DNA from: a virus | Lineage: Duplodnaviria > Heunggongvirae > Uroviricota > Caudoviricetes | Virus record (IMG/VR): IMGVR_UViG_3300043399_000676 | Length of the DNA stretch: 64,000 bases | Strand: one strand, 5' to 3' | Shown: positions 35,162 through 44,071 of the stretch, piece after piece | Position numbering within the stretch: position 1 is the stretch's first letter | How the letters are laid out: every line of letters begins with the position of its first letter | Position numbers and translations under genes: made by a program | The notes under the pieces: model-generated | Databases searched by the model: none | What the model was told of the DNA's origin: nothing | What the model saw: the letters and a program-made list of their open reading frames with translations, nothing else

Positions 35162-35773
35162 ATGCGGCTCACTATGCTAGGTTCGCTGCCTGAAAACCCG
35201 ATGATTGCATTGAGTGGCGGCGTGGATAGCATGGTAGTCGCGGACTTTATTTCTCGCACTAGGGAAGTTACTTGTCTGTTCTTTCACCACAAAACTGAGA
35301 CAAGTGAAAAGGCTCATTCCTTTCTAGTGGATTATTGTAAGAGTCGAGATTGGTACTTAATCGTTAAATACTTGTCTGAGGAGAAACCCAAACATGAAAG
35401 CTACGAAGAGTTCTGGCGTAATCAACGCTATTCCTGGTTTGATTCCTTTAGTAGAACTGTCGTTACCGGTCATCATCTGGATGATTGCGTAGAGACTTAT
35501 CTTTGGAGTACTATGCACGGTACCCCAAAGACGATCCCTTATCAACGAAACAATGTGGTTCGCCCTTTTCTACTGACGCCAAAGCAGGCAATGTATGACT
35601 GGGCAAAAAGACATAGTATTCCTTGGATCGAAGATGAAACGAACAAGGACACTTCCTACATGCGAAATTTTGTTAGGCATGAACTACTACCCAAAGCATT
35701 GCATGTAAACCCCGGACTTCAAAAAGTGGTTGCAAGAAAAGTAAAAGCCTGCTATAATGCTGCTCTTAATTAA
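35162..35773 (+). CDS. PP-loop ATP pyrophosphatase family protein (TilS/QueC-like N-type ATPase)
   Basis: SGGVDS PP-loop motif (ALSGGVDSMVV); 203 aa. Confidence 0.5.
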   Translation: MRLTMLGSLPENPMIALSGGVDSMVVADFISRTREVTCLFFHHKTETSEKAHSFLVDYCKSRDWYLIVKYLSEEKPKHESYEEFWRNQRYSWFDSFSRTVVTGHHLDDCVETYLWSTMHGTPKTIPYQRNNVVRPFLLTPKQAMYDWAKRHSIPWIEDETNKDTSYMRNFVRHELLPKALHVNPGLQKVVARKVKACYNAALN

Positions 35774-35789
35774 ATAATCAGGAAACAAA

Positions 35790-36821
35790 ATGCGTCAGCT
35801 TGCTACTATCCGAAAAATTGATTCTATCCTTCCCATCGAGGGCGCCGATGCAATTGAGTGCGCGGTGGTCGGTGGCTGGAAAGTTGTGATCAAAAAAGGT
35901 GAATTTCAACCTAACGACCTCGCAGTGTACGTCGAGATCGATTCATGGGTTCCTCACGAACTTGCTCCTTTTCTGTCGAAAGGTAAAGAGCCTCGGGAGT
36001 TCAATGGCGTCAAGGGTGAACGTCTTCGTACTGCAAAGCTCCGCGGGCAAATCTCGCAAGGTCTTTTGCTTCCTCTTTCTGTCTTCCCTCATTCCCTTGG
36101 ATTTGAGTACGCAACAGAAAAAACAATCGGCGAAGATGTTACTGAATGGTTGAAGATTCAAAAATGGGAAGCTCCTATCCCTGCTCAACTCGCGGGTGAT
36201 GTCGAAGGTCTGTTCCCTTCGTTCATTCCTAAGACCGATCAGGAGCGAATTCAGAACCTCGGGGCTGAGTACGATGCTTGGAAGCAAGAAGGTGATGAGT
36301 GGGAAGTCACCGAAAAACTTGATGGTTCTTCGATGACTGTGTTTCTCAAGGACGATCACTTTGGTGTCTGTTCTCGTAACTGGGAACTCCGTGAATCGGA
36401 AGGTAACTCTCTTTGGCGTGTTGCTCGTCAGTACGATATTGAAGGGATTTTGCGTTCCAAAGGACACTTCGCCCTGCAAGGTGAATTGATCGGTGAAGGT
36501 ATTCAAGGCAACCCCTACAAGATCAAAGGACAGGACTTCTTTGTCTTTGATATCTACGACATTGATCAAGGGCGTTATCTGTCTCCCTCGGAGCGTAAAG
36601 CGTTCCTTGAAGGCACTGCACTGAAGCACGTTCCGATTCTGAATGAAGCTGAATCGTTCAAGGATCATGTTGGTACTATCCATCATGTTCTTGGTTGGGC
36701 TGAAGGGAAAAGCGTTCTGAACGGCCAGACTGAACGTGAAGGATTGGTGTTCAAACGTCGAGACGGTGCTGTTTCGTTTAAGGCAATTTCCAACAAGTTT
36801 TTGCTTAAAACGGGCGGTTGA
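35790..36821 (+). CDS. RNA ligase with N-terminal accessory domain (NgrRnl/Rnl5-like nucleotidyltransferase)
   Basis: Motif I EKLDGSS at about residue 180, preceded by a ~170-aa N-domain; 343 aa. Confidence 0.55.
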   Translation: MRQLATIRKIDSILPIEGADAIECAVVGGWKVVIKKGEFQPNDLAVYVEIDSWVPHELAPFLSKGKEPREFNGVKGERLRTAKLRGQISQGLLLPLSVFPHSLGFEYATEKTIGEDVTEWLKIQKWEAPIPAQLAGDVEGLFPSFIPKTDQERIQNLGAEYDAWKQEGDEWEVTEKLDGSSMTVFLKDDHFGVCSRNWELRESEGNSLWRVARQYDIEGILRSKGHFALQGELIGEGIQGNPYKIKGQDFFVFDIYDIDQGRYLSPSERKAFLEGTALKHVPILNEAESFKDHVGTIHHVLGWAEGKSVLNGQTEREGLVFKRRDGAVSFKAISNKFLLKTGG

Positions 36822-36846
36822 CTTTTATTCCTTGCTCTGCTATAAT
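36818..36846 (+). promoter_or_regulatory. sigma70 promoter (TTGACT-17-TATAAT)
   Basis: Overlaps the ligase stop. Confidence 0.5.
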
Positions 36847-36876
36847 GTTGTTAATGAGTAGAGCAAGGAGTAAATC

Positions 36877-37026
36877 ATGATCAGCGGTAGGACTAAAAAA
36901 GAAATCACTTATTCGTACTACCTCGAACTTTGCAGGAAATACTCTGAAAAGACTATTACCGATGACGAAGGATTCGATCTTGAACTCTGTCTTGCTGAGT
37001 TCGAAACCGACAGTTGGTTTAGGTAA
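36877..37026 (+). CDS. 49-aa hypothetical protein
   Basis: RBS AAGGAGTAAATC then ATG, identical to the RBS of the next gene. Confidence 0.35.
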   Translation: MISGRTKKEITYSYYLELCRKYSEKTITDDEGFDLELCLAEFETDSWFR

Positions 37027-37036
37027 GGAGTAAATC

Positions 37037-37378
37037 ATGCCTTGCAGGGACTATGAAAGTGATACTTGGGGTTACGGTTCGGGGATTTCAATGAAAGCAT
37101 ACGAAGAGCTTAAACAACAGGCAGATAAGTTGGCGAGGATCGCGTGTAAAGCAATGTCCGCACTTGAACAGGGAACCACACTTAACCAACTCTTGGAAGA
37201 TCCAGAGGTTTCAAAATGGTGGCCTGCTCACAAGAAGGCGGATGCTGCTAGGCAAAAAAAAGAAGCCGCCGAAAAAATCAAAAAAGAACAGGAAGCACTT
37301 CTTAAAAAAGAAGTGTTGGCAAAGCTGACGGAAGAAGAGCTTCAGGCATTTGGTTTGATTAAAAAGAGAAAATCATGA
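37037..37378 (+). CDS. hypothetical coiled-coil protein
   Basis: RBS AAGGAGTAAATC then ATG. Confidence 0.45.
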   Translation: MPCRDYESDTWGYGSGISMKAYEELKQQADKLARIACKAMSALEQGTTLNQLLEDPEVSKWWPAHKKADAARQKKEAAEKIKKEQEALLKKEVLAKLTEEELQAFGLIKKRKS

Positions 37379-37713
37379 CTGATGAAAGAGAAGAAGGTTA
37401 TTCGCAAGATGATGTTTATCAATACTTGTTGACTCATCGAATTGAAAGTCCGTGGGGAATCGATACTGATAAGATTGCAACCAATCTAATGATCGAATTG
37501 CTCAAGGCGAACGGCGGTGTGGTCATGGCTCTATTTCTCAAAGATGACAAGCTTCGGGAATGGTGGAATCGAAGAGTAGAATTTGCAAAGCAAAAACTTT
37601 CAGAAAAAGCAGAAAAGATGCGGCTTTACAATGTCAAGCTAGCAGCATATAATAAACTCACTCCTGCTGAAAGAAAGCTAGTTGGCATTCGTAAACCCAG
37701 AAAACCGAGTTGA
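37375..37713 (+). CDS. hypothetical protein
   Basis: ATGA overlap. Confidence 0.45.
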   Translation: MTDEREEGYSQDDVYQYLLTHRIESPWGIDTDKIATNLMIELLKANGGVVMALFLKDDKLREWWNRRVEFAKQKLSEKAEKMRLYNVKLAAYNKLTPAERKLVGIRKPRKPS

Positions 37714-37731
37714 TATAATAAATAAAGTATC

Positions 37732-37926
37732 ATGAAAATTTCTGACATTTCCAAAACTAGCCAAAAACGTCTTACGGAAGACCTAAGTAAGGATGAATCT
37801 GGATTCCTTACTGAGGATCTAGTAAAAATTGTCCAAGCTCACCAAGCAGACAATTGGTCTGAGCCGATCGATGGAGAGGACTATCTCCAGCTTCTGAAAC
37901 AAGGCAAATTGACGTGGCAGCGGTAA
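37732..37926 (+). CDS. small acidic hypothetical protein
   Basis: 64 aa; overlaps the next ORF. Confidence 0.35.
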   Translation: MKISDISKTSQKRLTEDLSKDESGFLTEDLVKIVQAHQADNWSEPIDGEDYLQLLKQGKLTWQR

Positions 37927-38285
37927 GAGTCTTAGAATGTGATCTCTTTAGAGAAACTGCTGCGATTCATTTGAAACCGGGATCTTCGACTGAAGAAAGT
38001 TTCCAAAATTTTATTGCAACTAAGATTCAAAATCCAATCGCAAGTTACGGTAAATCGGATAAGGCGAACCCAGCAGGAACGCCAATGGCACAATATGTTC
38101 CTAAAATTCGTCATGCCCACTTAACGCACGATATCAGCATATTTTATACCATAAGTGGGTCTAACCCATCTGAGCTTAGACTATACGGTGTTTTGACTCA
38201 CGATGAAGCAGGCACAGGCCAACCAGTTAATAATAAGCGTCAAAAAAGTGTAGCAAAGAGGTTTTCTAACCAAGATTTCAACTAA
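37914..38285 (+). CDS. hypothetical protein (weak RelE/ParE-like pattern)
   Basis: …HLTHDISIFYTISGSNPSELRLYGVLTHDE; tentative only. Confidence 0.35.
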   Translation: MAAVRVLECDLFRETAAIHLKPGSSTEESFQNFIATKIQNPIASYGKSDKANPAGTPMAQYVPKIRHAHLTHDISIFYTISGSNPSELRLYGVLTHDEAGTGQPVNNKRQKSVAKRFSNQDFN

Positions 38286-38289
38286 ACGG

Positions 38290-38318
38290 TTGACAAAAAA
38301 CCCAAACTGTCGTATAAT
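38290..38318 (+). promoter_or_regulatory. sigma70 promoter (TTGACA-17-TATAAT)
   Basis: Upstream of the pnk mini-operon. Confidence 0.55.
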
Positions 38319-38347
38319 TTACTTAAGTTAGATAGAAGGGGTAACAA

Positions 38348-38482
38348 ATGTCTGTCAAGCACAATCAACTGAAACCCTCCCCGCAATGGTGGAAGCATCT
38401 GCGTGAATGGAAGCGTGTCTTTTGGAAAAAAGAACGTAAAGCGTGGCAAAAAGAAATCAAAAATCGTAAGGATGTCGAATGA
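38348..38482 (+). CDS. 44-aa basic peptide
   Basis: RBS AAGGGG; ATGA-coupled to pnk. Confidence 0.3.
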   Translation: MSVKHNQLKPSPQWWKHLREWKRVFWKKERKAWQKEIKNRKDVE

Positions 38483-38880
38483 AGCTGATTCTGATTCGCG
38501 GTCTCCCTGGCTCTGGTAAATCGACGCTCGCCAAAACGCTGATGACCGACAATACGGTCCACGTTGAAGCGGACATGTACTTCATCGATGATGCTAGCGG
38601 CAAGTATGTTTTCCATCCCGAACTGATTCGTCAGGCACACGGCTGGTGTCAGAATACGACTGGTGCTGCACTTGCGGAAGGCAAGGATGTGATCGTGTCG
38701 AATACGTTCACGACCATCAAGGAGCTTCGCCCGTACTTCGACATGGCGAAAAATTTCGGCATCGTGCCTACTGTGATTCTCGCACAAAACCAGTTTCAGA
38801 ACGAACACAATGTCCCCGAAGAAACCCTGAAGCGTATGCGTGATCGGTTTCAGTATGATCTCACTCAACTTTTTGCTTAA
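38479..38880 (+). CDS. polynucleotide 5'-kinase (T4 Pnk kinase-domain-like, no HAD phosphatase domain)
   Basis: P-loop GLPGSGKST at the N-terminus; length and layout match the T4 PseT kinase domain; no DxDGT phosphatase motif. Confidence 0.6.
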   Translation: MKLILIRGLPGSGKSTLAKTLMTDNTVHVEADMYFIDDASGKYVFHPELIRQAHGWCQNTTGAALAEGKDVIVSNTFTTIKELRPYFDMAKNFGIVPTVILAQNQFQNEHNVPEETLKRMRDRFQYDLTQLFA

Positions 38881-38889
38881 GGAGCAAAC

Positions 38890-39093
38890 ATGAAATATCT
38901 TGGTTACTTTCTCGTTATCGCGGGCCTCGCAATTGGTCTTGGATTGCTTTTCGCTCTTCCTGTCATGTTGCTGTGGAATTACTGTCTGGTTGATGCAGTC
39001 GATGGAGTAAAAGAAATTACGTGGCTACAAGCGTGGGGATTGAATGTTCTCACTCATCTTCTGTTCACCAAGGCTAGTGTGAAGTCTGACTGA
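38890..39093 (+). CDS. small membrane protein
   Basis: Two hydrophobic helices. Confidence 0.4.
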   Translation: MKYLGYFLVIAGLAIGLGLLFALPVMLLWNYCLVDAVDGVKEITWLQAWGLNVLTHLLFTKASVKSD

Positions 39094-39115
39094 TATTAGA
39101 AAGTAGTCGAGTTAA

Positions 39116-39158
39116 ATGGAGTTTATGGTTGACATAAACTCCATTTCCATGTATAATG
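39116..39158 (+). promoter_or_regulatory. hairpin-embedded sigma70 promoter
   Basis: ATGGAGTTTATG…CATAAACTCCAT 12-bp inverted repeat flanking the -35 TTGACA; TATAAT at 39153. Confidence 0.45.
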
Positions 39159-39184
39159 TTTGTATTCTGAATAAGGAAATGCAA

Positions 39185-40075
39185 ATGGATAAGGACTCTC
39201 TGCGTCAATTCGTGCAAGACAACCCGAAGCTGGTTACGATGCGTGAAACCTCTACGCCTGGTCTTTTTGTGATCAAATATTCCAAGCGTGTTTTCTTCGA
39301 CAATCTTTGGAATGAATTCCTCGAAGAGTGTCGCGGCTTGATCGTTGACGCGGACTGGAACCCTGTTGTGCGTCCTTTCAAGAAGGTGTACAATTTCGGC
39401 GAGAACGGTGCTTCTTATGATCGTGATCGTATGGTGTATGTCGAGCGTAAAGTAAATGGCTTTATGGGTGCTGCGACCTATGTCTCGTCTGTTGATCAAG
39501 TTATCTACTCCACGACTGGTTCGCTGGATTCTGACTTCGCGGTGATCGTTCGTAAGTGGCTGTCTCCGTACGAACAGTTTTTCCGCTATCATCCGAATCG
39601 TACCTTTTTGTTTGAGGTGTGTGACAAGTCTGATCCGCATATCATCCCTGAAGTCGAAGGGGTGTATCTGATTGGTGCTCGTAATGCTGGAAAGTGGGAC
39701 AATGAAGTTCGTTGTGCGAACACTGATATGCTGGATTGGTATGCGAAATATATGGGCGGCGGAATTCTTCGTCCTTCGCACTCTGTTCAACGGTTTGGTG
39801 ATGTGGTTCAGCAAGTCAAGACTTGCTACCATGAAGGGTTCATTGTGTATCCGGTAGATTCTTGGGAGACTGATGCGGGACTGAAGATCAAGTCCAAGTA
39901 CTATCTGATTCAAAAGGCGTTGGCTCGTAAAAAGGATATCATGACCCTGAACAAGCAACTGCTGGATGAAGAATTCTATCCGCTCGTTGATCATCTCAAC
40001 GGAATGAAGGACGAGTTTAATGCTATGGACGAGCAGTCGCGTCTGGATTACATGCGTAAGTTTTTGCAAGCATGA
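39185..40075 (+). CDS. RNA ligase, Rnl1/Trl1-type (KxNG motif I)
   Basis: Motif I ERKVNGFMG (KxNG as in Trl1-type ligases); 296 aa; immediately downstream of pnk. Confidence 0.5.
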   Translation: MDKDSLRQFVQDNPKLVTMRETSTPGLFVIKYSKRVFFDNLWNEFLEECRGLIVDADWNPVVRPFKKVYNFGENGASYDRDRMVYVERKVNGFMGAATYVSSVDQVIYSTTGSLDSDFAVIVRKWLSPYEQFFRYHPNRTFLFEVCDKSDPHIIPEVEGVYLIGARNAGKWDNEVRCANTDMLDWYAKYMGGGILRPSHSVQRFGDVVQQVKTCYHEGFIVYPVDSWETDAGLKIKSKYYLIQKALARKKDIMTLNKQLLDEEFYPLVDHLNGMKDEFNAMDEQSRLDYMRKFLQA

Positions 40076-40232
40076 TCTATAAAGTAAAGATGCCCGAAGC
40101 ATATGCTAGGGTCGAGTGGTGCAAGAAACATCTGGGTACCTCTATTAGAGGTGAGAACTGGTGGAGACACAAAGGACATCTTTACTTTTGTAACGAAAAA
40201 GATTATACTTTCTATTTACTGAGGTGGAAGTA

Positions 40233-40889
40233 ATGGCAAGAGTTGAAGTTTGGAAGTGCGATCATTCTGGTAAACTTTTTGAAGATAGGAAAAGGTACGT
40301 TGCTCATCTTCGAAAGTTGGCGAGGGTGAATAGGTATGAAAGACGAGTTCAGTGCCTCAATGAAGAACGTGATGCGCTTATGACTACAATGGGAGATACG
40401 GTCAAGTACATGGACCAGCTTGTTCAGTTCATCAAAGACAACTGGAAGTGGTTTTTTTATAACGGGTTGCGGCACGAGCCTTTCAATCGTGAAAAGACTG
40501 AAGATTGGCATGAACTAGTGTCTTTGTCTTTTGAGCAGATGCGTTGGAACAATAATGCTAGTAACAGTCACGTTGCACCCAAAAATGGTGTTCTAAACTG
40601 GTCTAAAAAAGAAACCTTTCCCGATGGAACTCCTAAACCCACTGGATATCCTGGCTGGACCGGACAAATGAAAATATCAATCCGCGGTGACAAATACACC
40701 TATCGAGGAAAAGAAAAGTTCACTACCGGATTCGGTAGTCGCTATTTCACCGACACTCCAATTAAGACTGGTTCAGGAGGAGGTGGACCAGACGTATTTA
40801 ATTACGGGGTTACTCTTTTTGCTGATGACTTCCCTGCTATGGCAGAGCAGCGTGAAAAGGATCTCATCTGGGATAAGATAACTGCGTAA
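40233..40889 (+). CDS. hypothetical protein
   Basis: RBS GAGGTGGAAG then ATG; first gene before the paralogue array. Confidence 0.45.
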   Translation: MARVEVWKCDHSGKLFEDRKRYVAHLRKLARVNRYERRVQCLNEERDALMTTMGDTVKYMDQLVQFIKDNWKWFFYNGLRHEPFNREKTEDWHELVSLSFEQMRWNNNASNSHVAPKNGVLNWSKKETFPDGTPKPTGYPGWTGQMKISIRGDKYTYRGKEKFTTGFGSRYFTDTPIKTGSGGGGPDVFNYGVTLFADDFPAMAEQREKDLIWDKITA

Positions 40890-40890
40890 T

Positions 40891-41106
40891 ATGGATCTAA
40901 ACACTCTTCTTTATAGATTGCATGTCAAGTACTTGGGCTCAGTATGGGATGATGTCACGTTTAAGCATATGAGTGAAGATGTAAAAACCGTATTCCCGCA
41001 AATTAGACGAATTGAGTTTGATCGCACACGAATGTACCCTACAGTACTTGACATCGAATTTAATACCGAAGAAGATAAGATTTGGTTTTATCTGAAAAAT
41101 AAATGA
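40891..41106 (+). CDS. small paralogue array member 1/15
   Basis: Ends …WFYLKNK; the next gene overlaps by ATGA. Confidence 0.45.
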   Translation: MDLNTLLYRLHVKYLGSVWDDVTFKHMSEDVKTVFPQIRRIEFDRTRMYPTVLDIEFNTEEDKIWFYLKNK

Positions 41107-41372
41107 TTGTCAAAAAGAAATATGAAAACTCAGTTAATCTAGATGACCCCAATGGATACTGGGAGAACTTCTATGTTCATGTAGTGTCTGAACAGATTAT
41201 GCAAGCAGCAGGCAAGATGAATAGAATCCCGCCGAGTGTCCTGTATGAGGCGATTAACGATGCTTTGAAGCCATATAAGGCGAAGTTGGATAACGTCTTC
41301 ACCAACCAATACTTAACTGTGGTGTTTCAAGATGAAGCTGCGTATGCTTGGTTTAAACTGAAGTGGTCATGA
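41103..41372 (+). CDS. small paralogue array member 2/15 (…FKLKWS)
   Basis: ATGA coupling; C-terminal aromatic-L-K-W. Confidence 0.5.
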   Translation: MIVKKKYENSVNLDDPNGYWENFYVHVVSEQIMQAAGKMNRIPPSVLYEAINDALKPYKAKLDNVFTNQYLTVVFQDEAAYAWFKLKWS

Positions 41373-41548
41373 CTAAGGTTAGAATATCCTGTCCTATAAC
41401 CTGGTATAAGCAGTGCGAGTGGATTCAGAAAAACTGTAAAGGTTACATAGATGTCACTGAGTGGTCAGCTTGGAATATAGGATACGATGATATTTACTAC
41501 TATCTTAGTGATGAAGATGCTATAATCTTTTATTTGATGTGGTCGTGA
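41363..41548 (+). CDS. array member 3/15 (…FYLMWS)
   Basis: ATGA coupling. Confidence 0.5.
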   Translation: MVMTKVRISCPITWYKQCEWIQKNCKGYIDVTEWSAWNIGYDDIYYYLSDEDAIIFYLMWS

Positions 41549-41781
41549 AGAAAATAAATCTAAAATTTAGTCGAGCAAAATGGCATATCGCCGAAAGTGT
41601 TCTCCGCCCGAATTGGTTTTTTTCAGGTGAAGAAGCTCAAGAAAAAGTTAGATGGTGTCAAGAACAGTTCGGTCCTGTAACCTATCCACCTAATGGCTAT
41701 ACACGATGGTATGTTAGTGGGCTCGATGTTAGATTCCGTGACGAAAAAGATTACATTCTGTTTCTATTGAGGTGGACATGA
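41539..41781 (+). CDS. array member 4/15 (…FLLRWT)
   Basis: ATGA coupling; RW codons AGGTGG form the SD for the next ORF. Confidence 0.5.
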   Translation: MVVKKINLKFSRAKWHIAESVLRPNWFFSGEEAQEKVRWCQEQFGPVTYPPNGYTRWYVSGLDVRFRDEKDYILFLLRWT

Positions 41782-41963
41782 GCTACATCTTTAGAAGACC
41801 TGTTAACTCAGGTTTTAAAGAGACAGAAGAAATGACCAAGTGGGCTGTACAACATTGCCCGTCGTATATTGCCAACGATGTAGACCAGACGGGTGAATGG
41901 TGCTACCGTCTTTATTTTAGTGACGAGAAAGATTACCTTATGTTTGTGTTGAGGTGGGCATGA
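41772..41963 (+). CDS. array member 5/15 (…FVLRWA)
   Basis: ATGA coupling. Confidence 0.5.
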   Translation: MDMSYIFRRPVNSGFKETEEMTKWAVQHCPSYIANDVDQTGEWCYRLYFSDEKDYLMFVLRWA

Positions 41964-42343
41964 GTTATAATAGAGCAGCATTTTTTGGTCCAATGGATAC
42001 AGTTCTTAAAATGCGATTGAAATTGTTAGAAGAGTTTGGTACGATAGATACATTTTGGTGGAAGTTAGTACCTGGGGTAGAAATAGAAGTTAAATGGCCA
42101 AGGGGTGAGATAGTAATTGACGAATCAATGCCGCAATGGGATTGGACTGTAGGACCAAGTAAGTATATCGTAGAATCTGCTGACCCTAATGATCATTATC
42201 GCCCCGAACTGGAACGACTTGTAGGTACACAGAGATGGGATTGGGATTGGAAAATTAATCCAAACAATCTTGATAGACTTACAATAAAGTTTAGAAAGGG
42301 GAAAGCAAAGTATGCATCTTACTTTGCTTTGAAATGGACATGA
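41954..42343 (+). CDS. array member 6/15 (…FALKWT)
   Basis: ATGA coupling. Confidence 0.5.
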   Translation: MGMSYNRAAFFGPMDTVLKMRLKLLEEFGTIDTFWWKLVPGVEIEVKWPRGEIVIDESMPQWDWTVGPSKYIVESADPNDHYRPELERLVGTQRWDWDWKINPNNLDRLTIKFRKGKAKYASYFALKWT

Positions 42344-42594
42344 TACTTATAAAAGCAGGAGAAATATACTACAATACTCAGGTATATTTTCGCAAACATA
42401 TCTTAGATAGTCTTCCGAACGATGACAAAGTATGGGAAGCAGAATATAAAAAGTGGCTCAAGGATCAAGGAGCAGTTGTTATAAAACCTAAACGTCAATG
42501 TTTAACAACTGCACTTGGTGTAAGTCCATTTTATGATCATTTCGGTTTTGAAAATGATCATGATGCTGCTGTGTTTGTGTTGAGGTGGTCATGA
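42334..42594 (+). CDS. array member 7/15 (…FVLRWS)
   Basis: ATGA coupling. Confidence 0.5.
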   Translation: MDMILIKAGEIYYNTQVYFRKHILDSLPNDDKVWEAEYKKWLKDQGAVVIKPKRQCLTTALGVSPFYDHFGFENDHDAAVFVLRWS

Positions 42595-42836
42595 GTATTA
42601 AAGAGTATTTGAAAAAGAATCGAAACCAGCACTTGGGTGCTCTTAATTATAGAACTATTCTTATTCGACAAGGTTACCCTAATGTGTTGTTAGGTAATGA
42701 AGGCCATAAGAATTGGAAAGAAGTGCATCGATGGTGTAAAGAGCAATACGGAGAAGACCATTATACGTGGACTGGAAGTAGATTTTGGTTTGAGACAGAG
42801 CAAGATGCTACGTGGTTCGTAATGAGGTGGGCATGA
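42585..42836 (+). CDS. array member 8/15 (…FVMRWA)
   Basis: ATGA coupling. Confidence 0.5.
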   Translation: MVMSIKEYLKKNRNQHLGALNYRTILIRQGYPNVLLGNEGHKNWKEVHRWCKEQYGEDHYTWTGSRFWFETEQDATWFVMRWA

Positions 42837-43054
42837 ATGATATAACTAGAGTCTTTCCCAAAGGATGCACTGATTACACTATGATCGATGTTTCTGAAAA
42901 ACGAGATAGTAACTGGTTAACATGGGAATCAGAAATGTTACGATGGCTAACAGAATTTGACCACGACAGCTGGTTTGCATGGGAGAGACCTGCTAATAAA
43001 GTAATCTTTGAAAAAGAAGATATCGCTATTTTATTCGCTTTAAGGTGGTTATGA
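42833..43054 (+). CDS. array member 9/15 (…FALRWL); near-duplicate of member 15
   Basis: ATG at 42833 inside GGGCATGAATGA; about 80% identical to 44247..44453. Confidence 0.5.
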   Translation: MNDITRVFPKGCTDYTMIDVSEKRDSNWLTWESEMLRWLTEFDHDSWFAWERPANKVIFEKEDIAILFALRWL

Positions 43055-43227
43055 AGAAATATGTAATAGCGGTTGAAAGATGGGCTGACAGAGACAAGTT
43101 TGTTAAATGGTTGGAAGATAACTATGGGCCTGAACACATCCGATGGGGCGTTGAACAAGACTTTAATTTAGAAAACTTGTGGATGGACGAAGATATCTAT
43201 GTACTATATAAGTTAAAATGGAGTTAA
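43045..43227 (+). CDS. array member 10/15 (…YKLKWS)
   Basis: ATGA coupling. Confidence 0.5.
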   Translation: MVMKKYVIAVERWADRDKFVKWLEDNYGPEHIRWGVEQDFNLENLWMDEDIYVLYKLKWS

Positions 43228-43475
43228 AAATGGCTATTGCGTTTAACGAAATAACTCACTACGTTGAATTTGTAGACTATATTCCAGAGAATGCCAGCGA
43301 CTCTAAAAAAGTTGTGTTTAGGTGTTCAGGTGATCCTATCAAGATCATTAAATGGTGTCGTAGAAACTTTGGTGAGAGGGGAGACGGTTGGGACTTTACT
43401 GGTTCAGGCAAAAAGGTAGATATTATCATTTGGTCTAGCAGACTGATAACTATGTATGAACTATGGCAGAATTAA
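43218..43475 (+). CDS. array member 11/15 (…YELWQN)
   Basis: Overlapping start; divergent C-terminus. Confidence 0.45.
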   Translation: MELKMAIAFNEITHYVEFVDYIPENASDSKKVVFRCSGDPIKIIKWCRRNFGERGDGWDFTGSGKKVDIIIWSSRLITMYELWQN

Positions 43476-43790
43476 ATGTTAATCAAAAAACTAGACAAAC
43501 GAAATAAAGGTCACGAATACTTTAAGTACTACATCAAAACATCCTATCCAGTCCAAACAAAAGATCCGGACTACCATGAATTGAGAGCTTGGATGTGGCA
43601 AACCTGGGGACCTAGTAAAGAACTAGTAGACTGGATAGATGATGAAAATGAAAAGCACAGGCTAGTAACATATAGAAAAAACATCAGTTGTCAAAATGAA
43701 CATTGGTGTTGGCAAAATGATGACTATTACAGTAGGTTGTACCTCACGGGAGATGACGAATTAGTTCTGTTTAAATTAAGATGGCAATGA
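43476..43790 (+). CDS. array member 12/15 (…FKLRWQ)
   Basis: TAAATG adjacency. Confidence 0.5.
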   Translation: MLIKKLDKRNKGHEYFKYYIKTSYPVQTKDPDYHELRAWMWQTWGPSKELVDWIDDENEKHRLVTYRKNISCQNEHWCWQNDDYYSRLYLTGDDELVLFKLRWQ

Positions 43791-44071
43791 TTTTAACCAG
43801 GCAAGAGTTCATCGATATGTGGAACTCTTATCGTATTGGTCTAGGAGATTATGATAGTCCTCTTTGGACATTGGAAGTAACTAAGAATTTCCAATGCCAT
43901 TGGTTCGTGTGCGTTCGACCAATAAACGATATGGAAACTCATAATCAATGGTGTTCGGATCATTGCAAAGGTAAAATGCTATGTTATTCTTCTGACGATG
44001 AAAACAATGAAGAATGGTACGGGTTCACAGAGAAAGATGACATTATCTGGTGGCTACTAAAATGGGGTTAA
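43787..44071 (+). CDS. array member 13/15 (…WLLKWG)
   Basis: ATGA coupling. Confidence 0.5.
   Translation: MILTRQEFIDMWNSYRIGLGDYDSPLWTLEVTKNFQCHWFVCVRPINDMETHNQWCSDHCKGKMLCYSSDDENNEEWYGFTEKDDIIWWLLKWG

Noticed and set aside
35943-36686. 247-aa − strand ORF
   Set aside because: Antisense to the NgrRnl-like ligase. Shadow ORF.
39074-40102. 342-aa − strand ORF
   Set aside because: Antisense to the KxNG ligase gene. The translation is H/R/L-rich, typical of a shadow frame.
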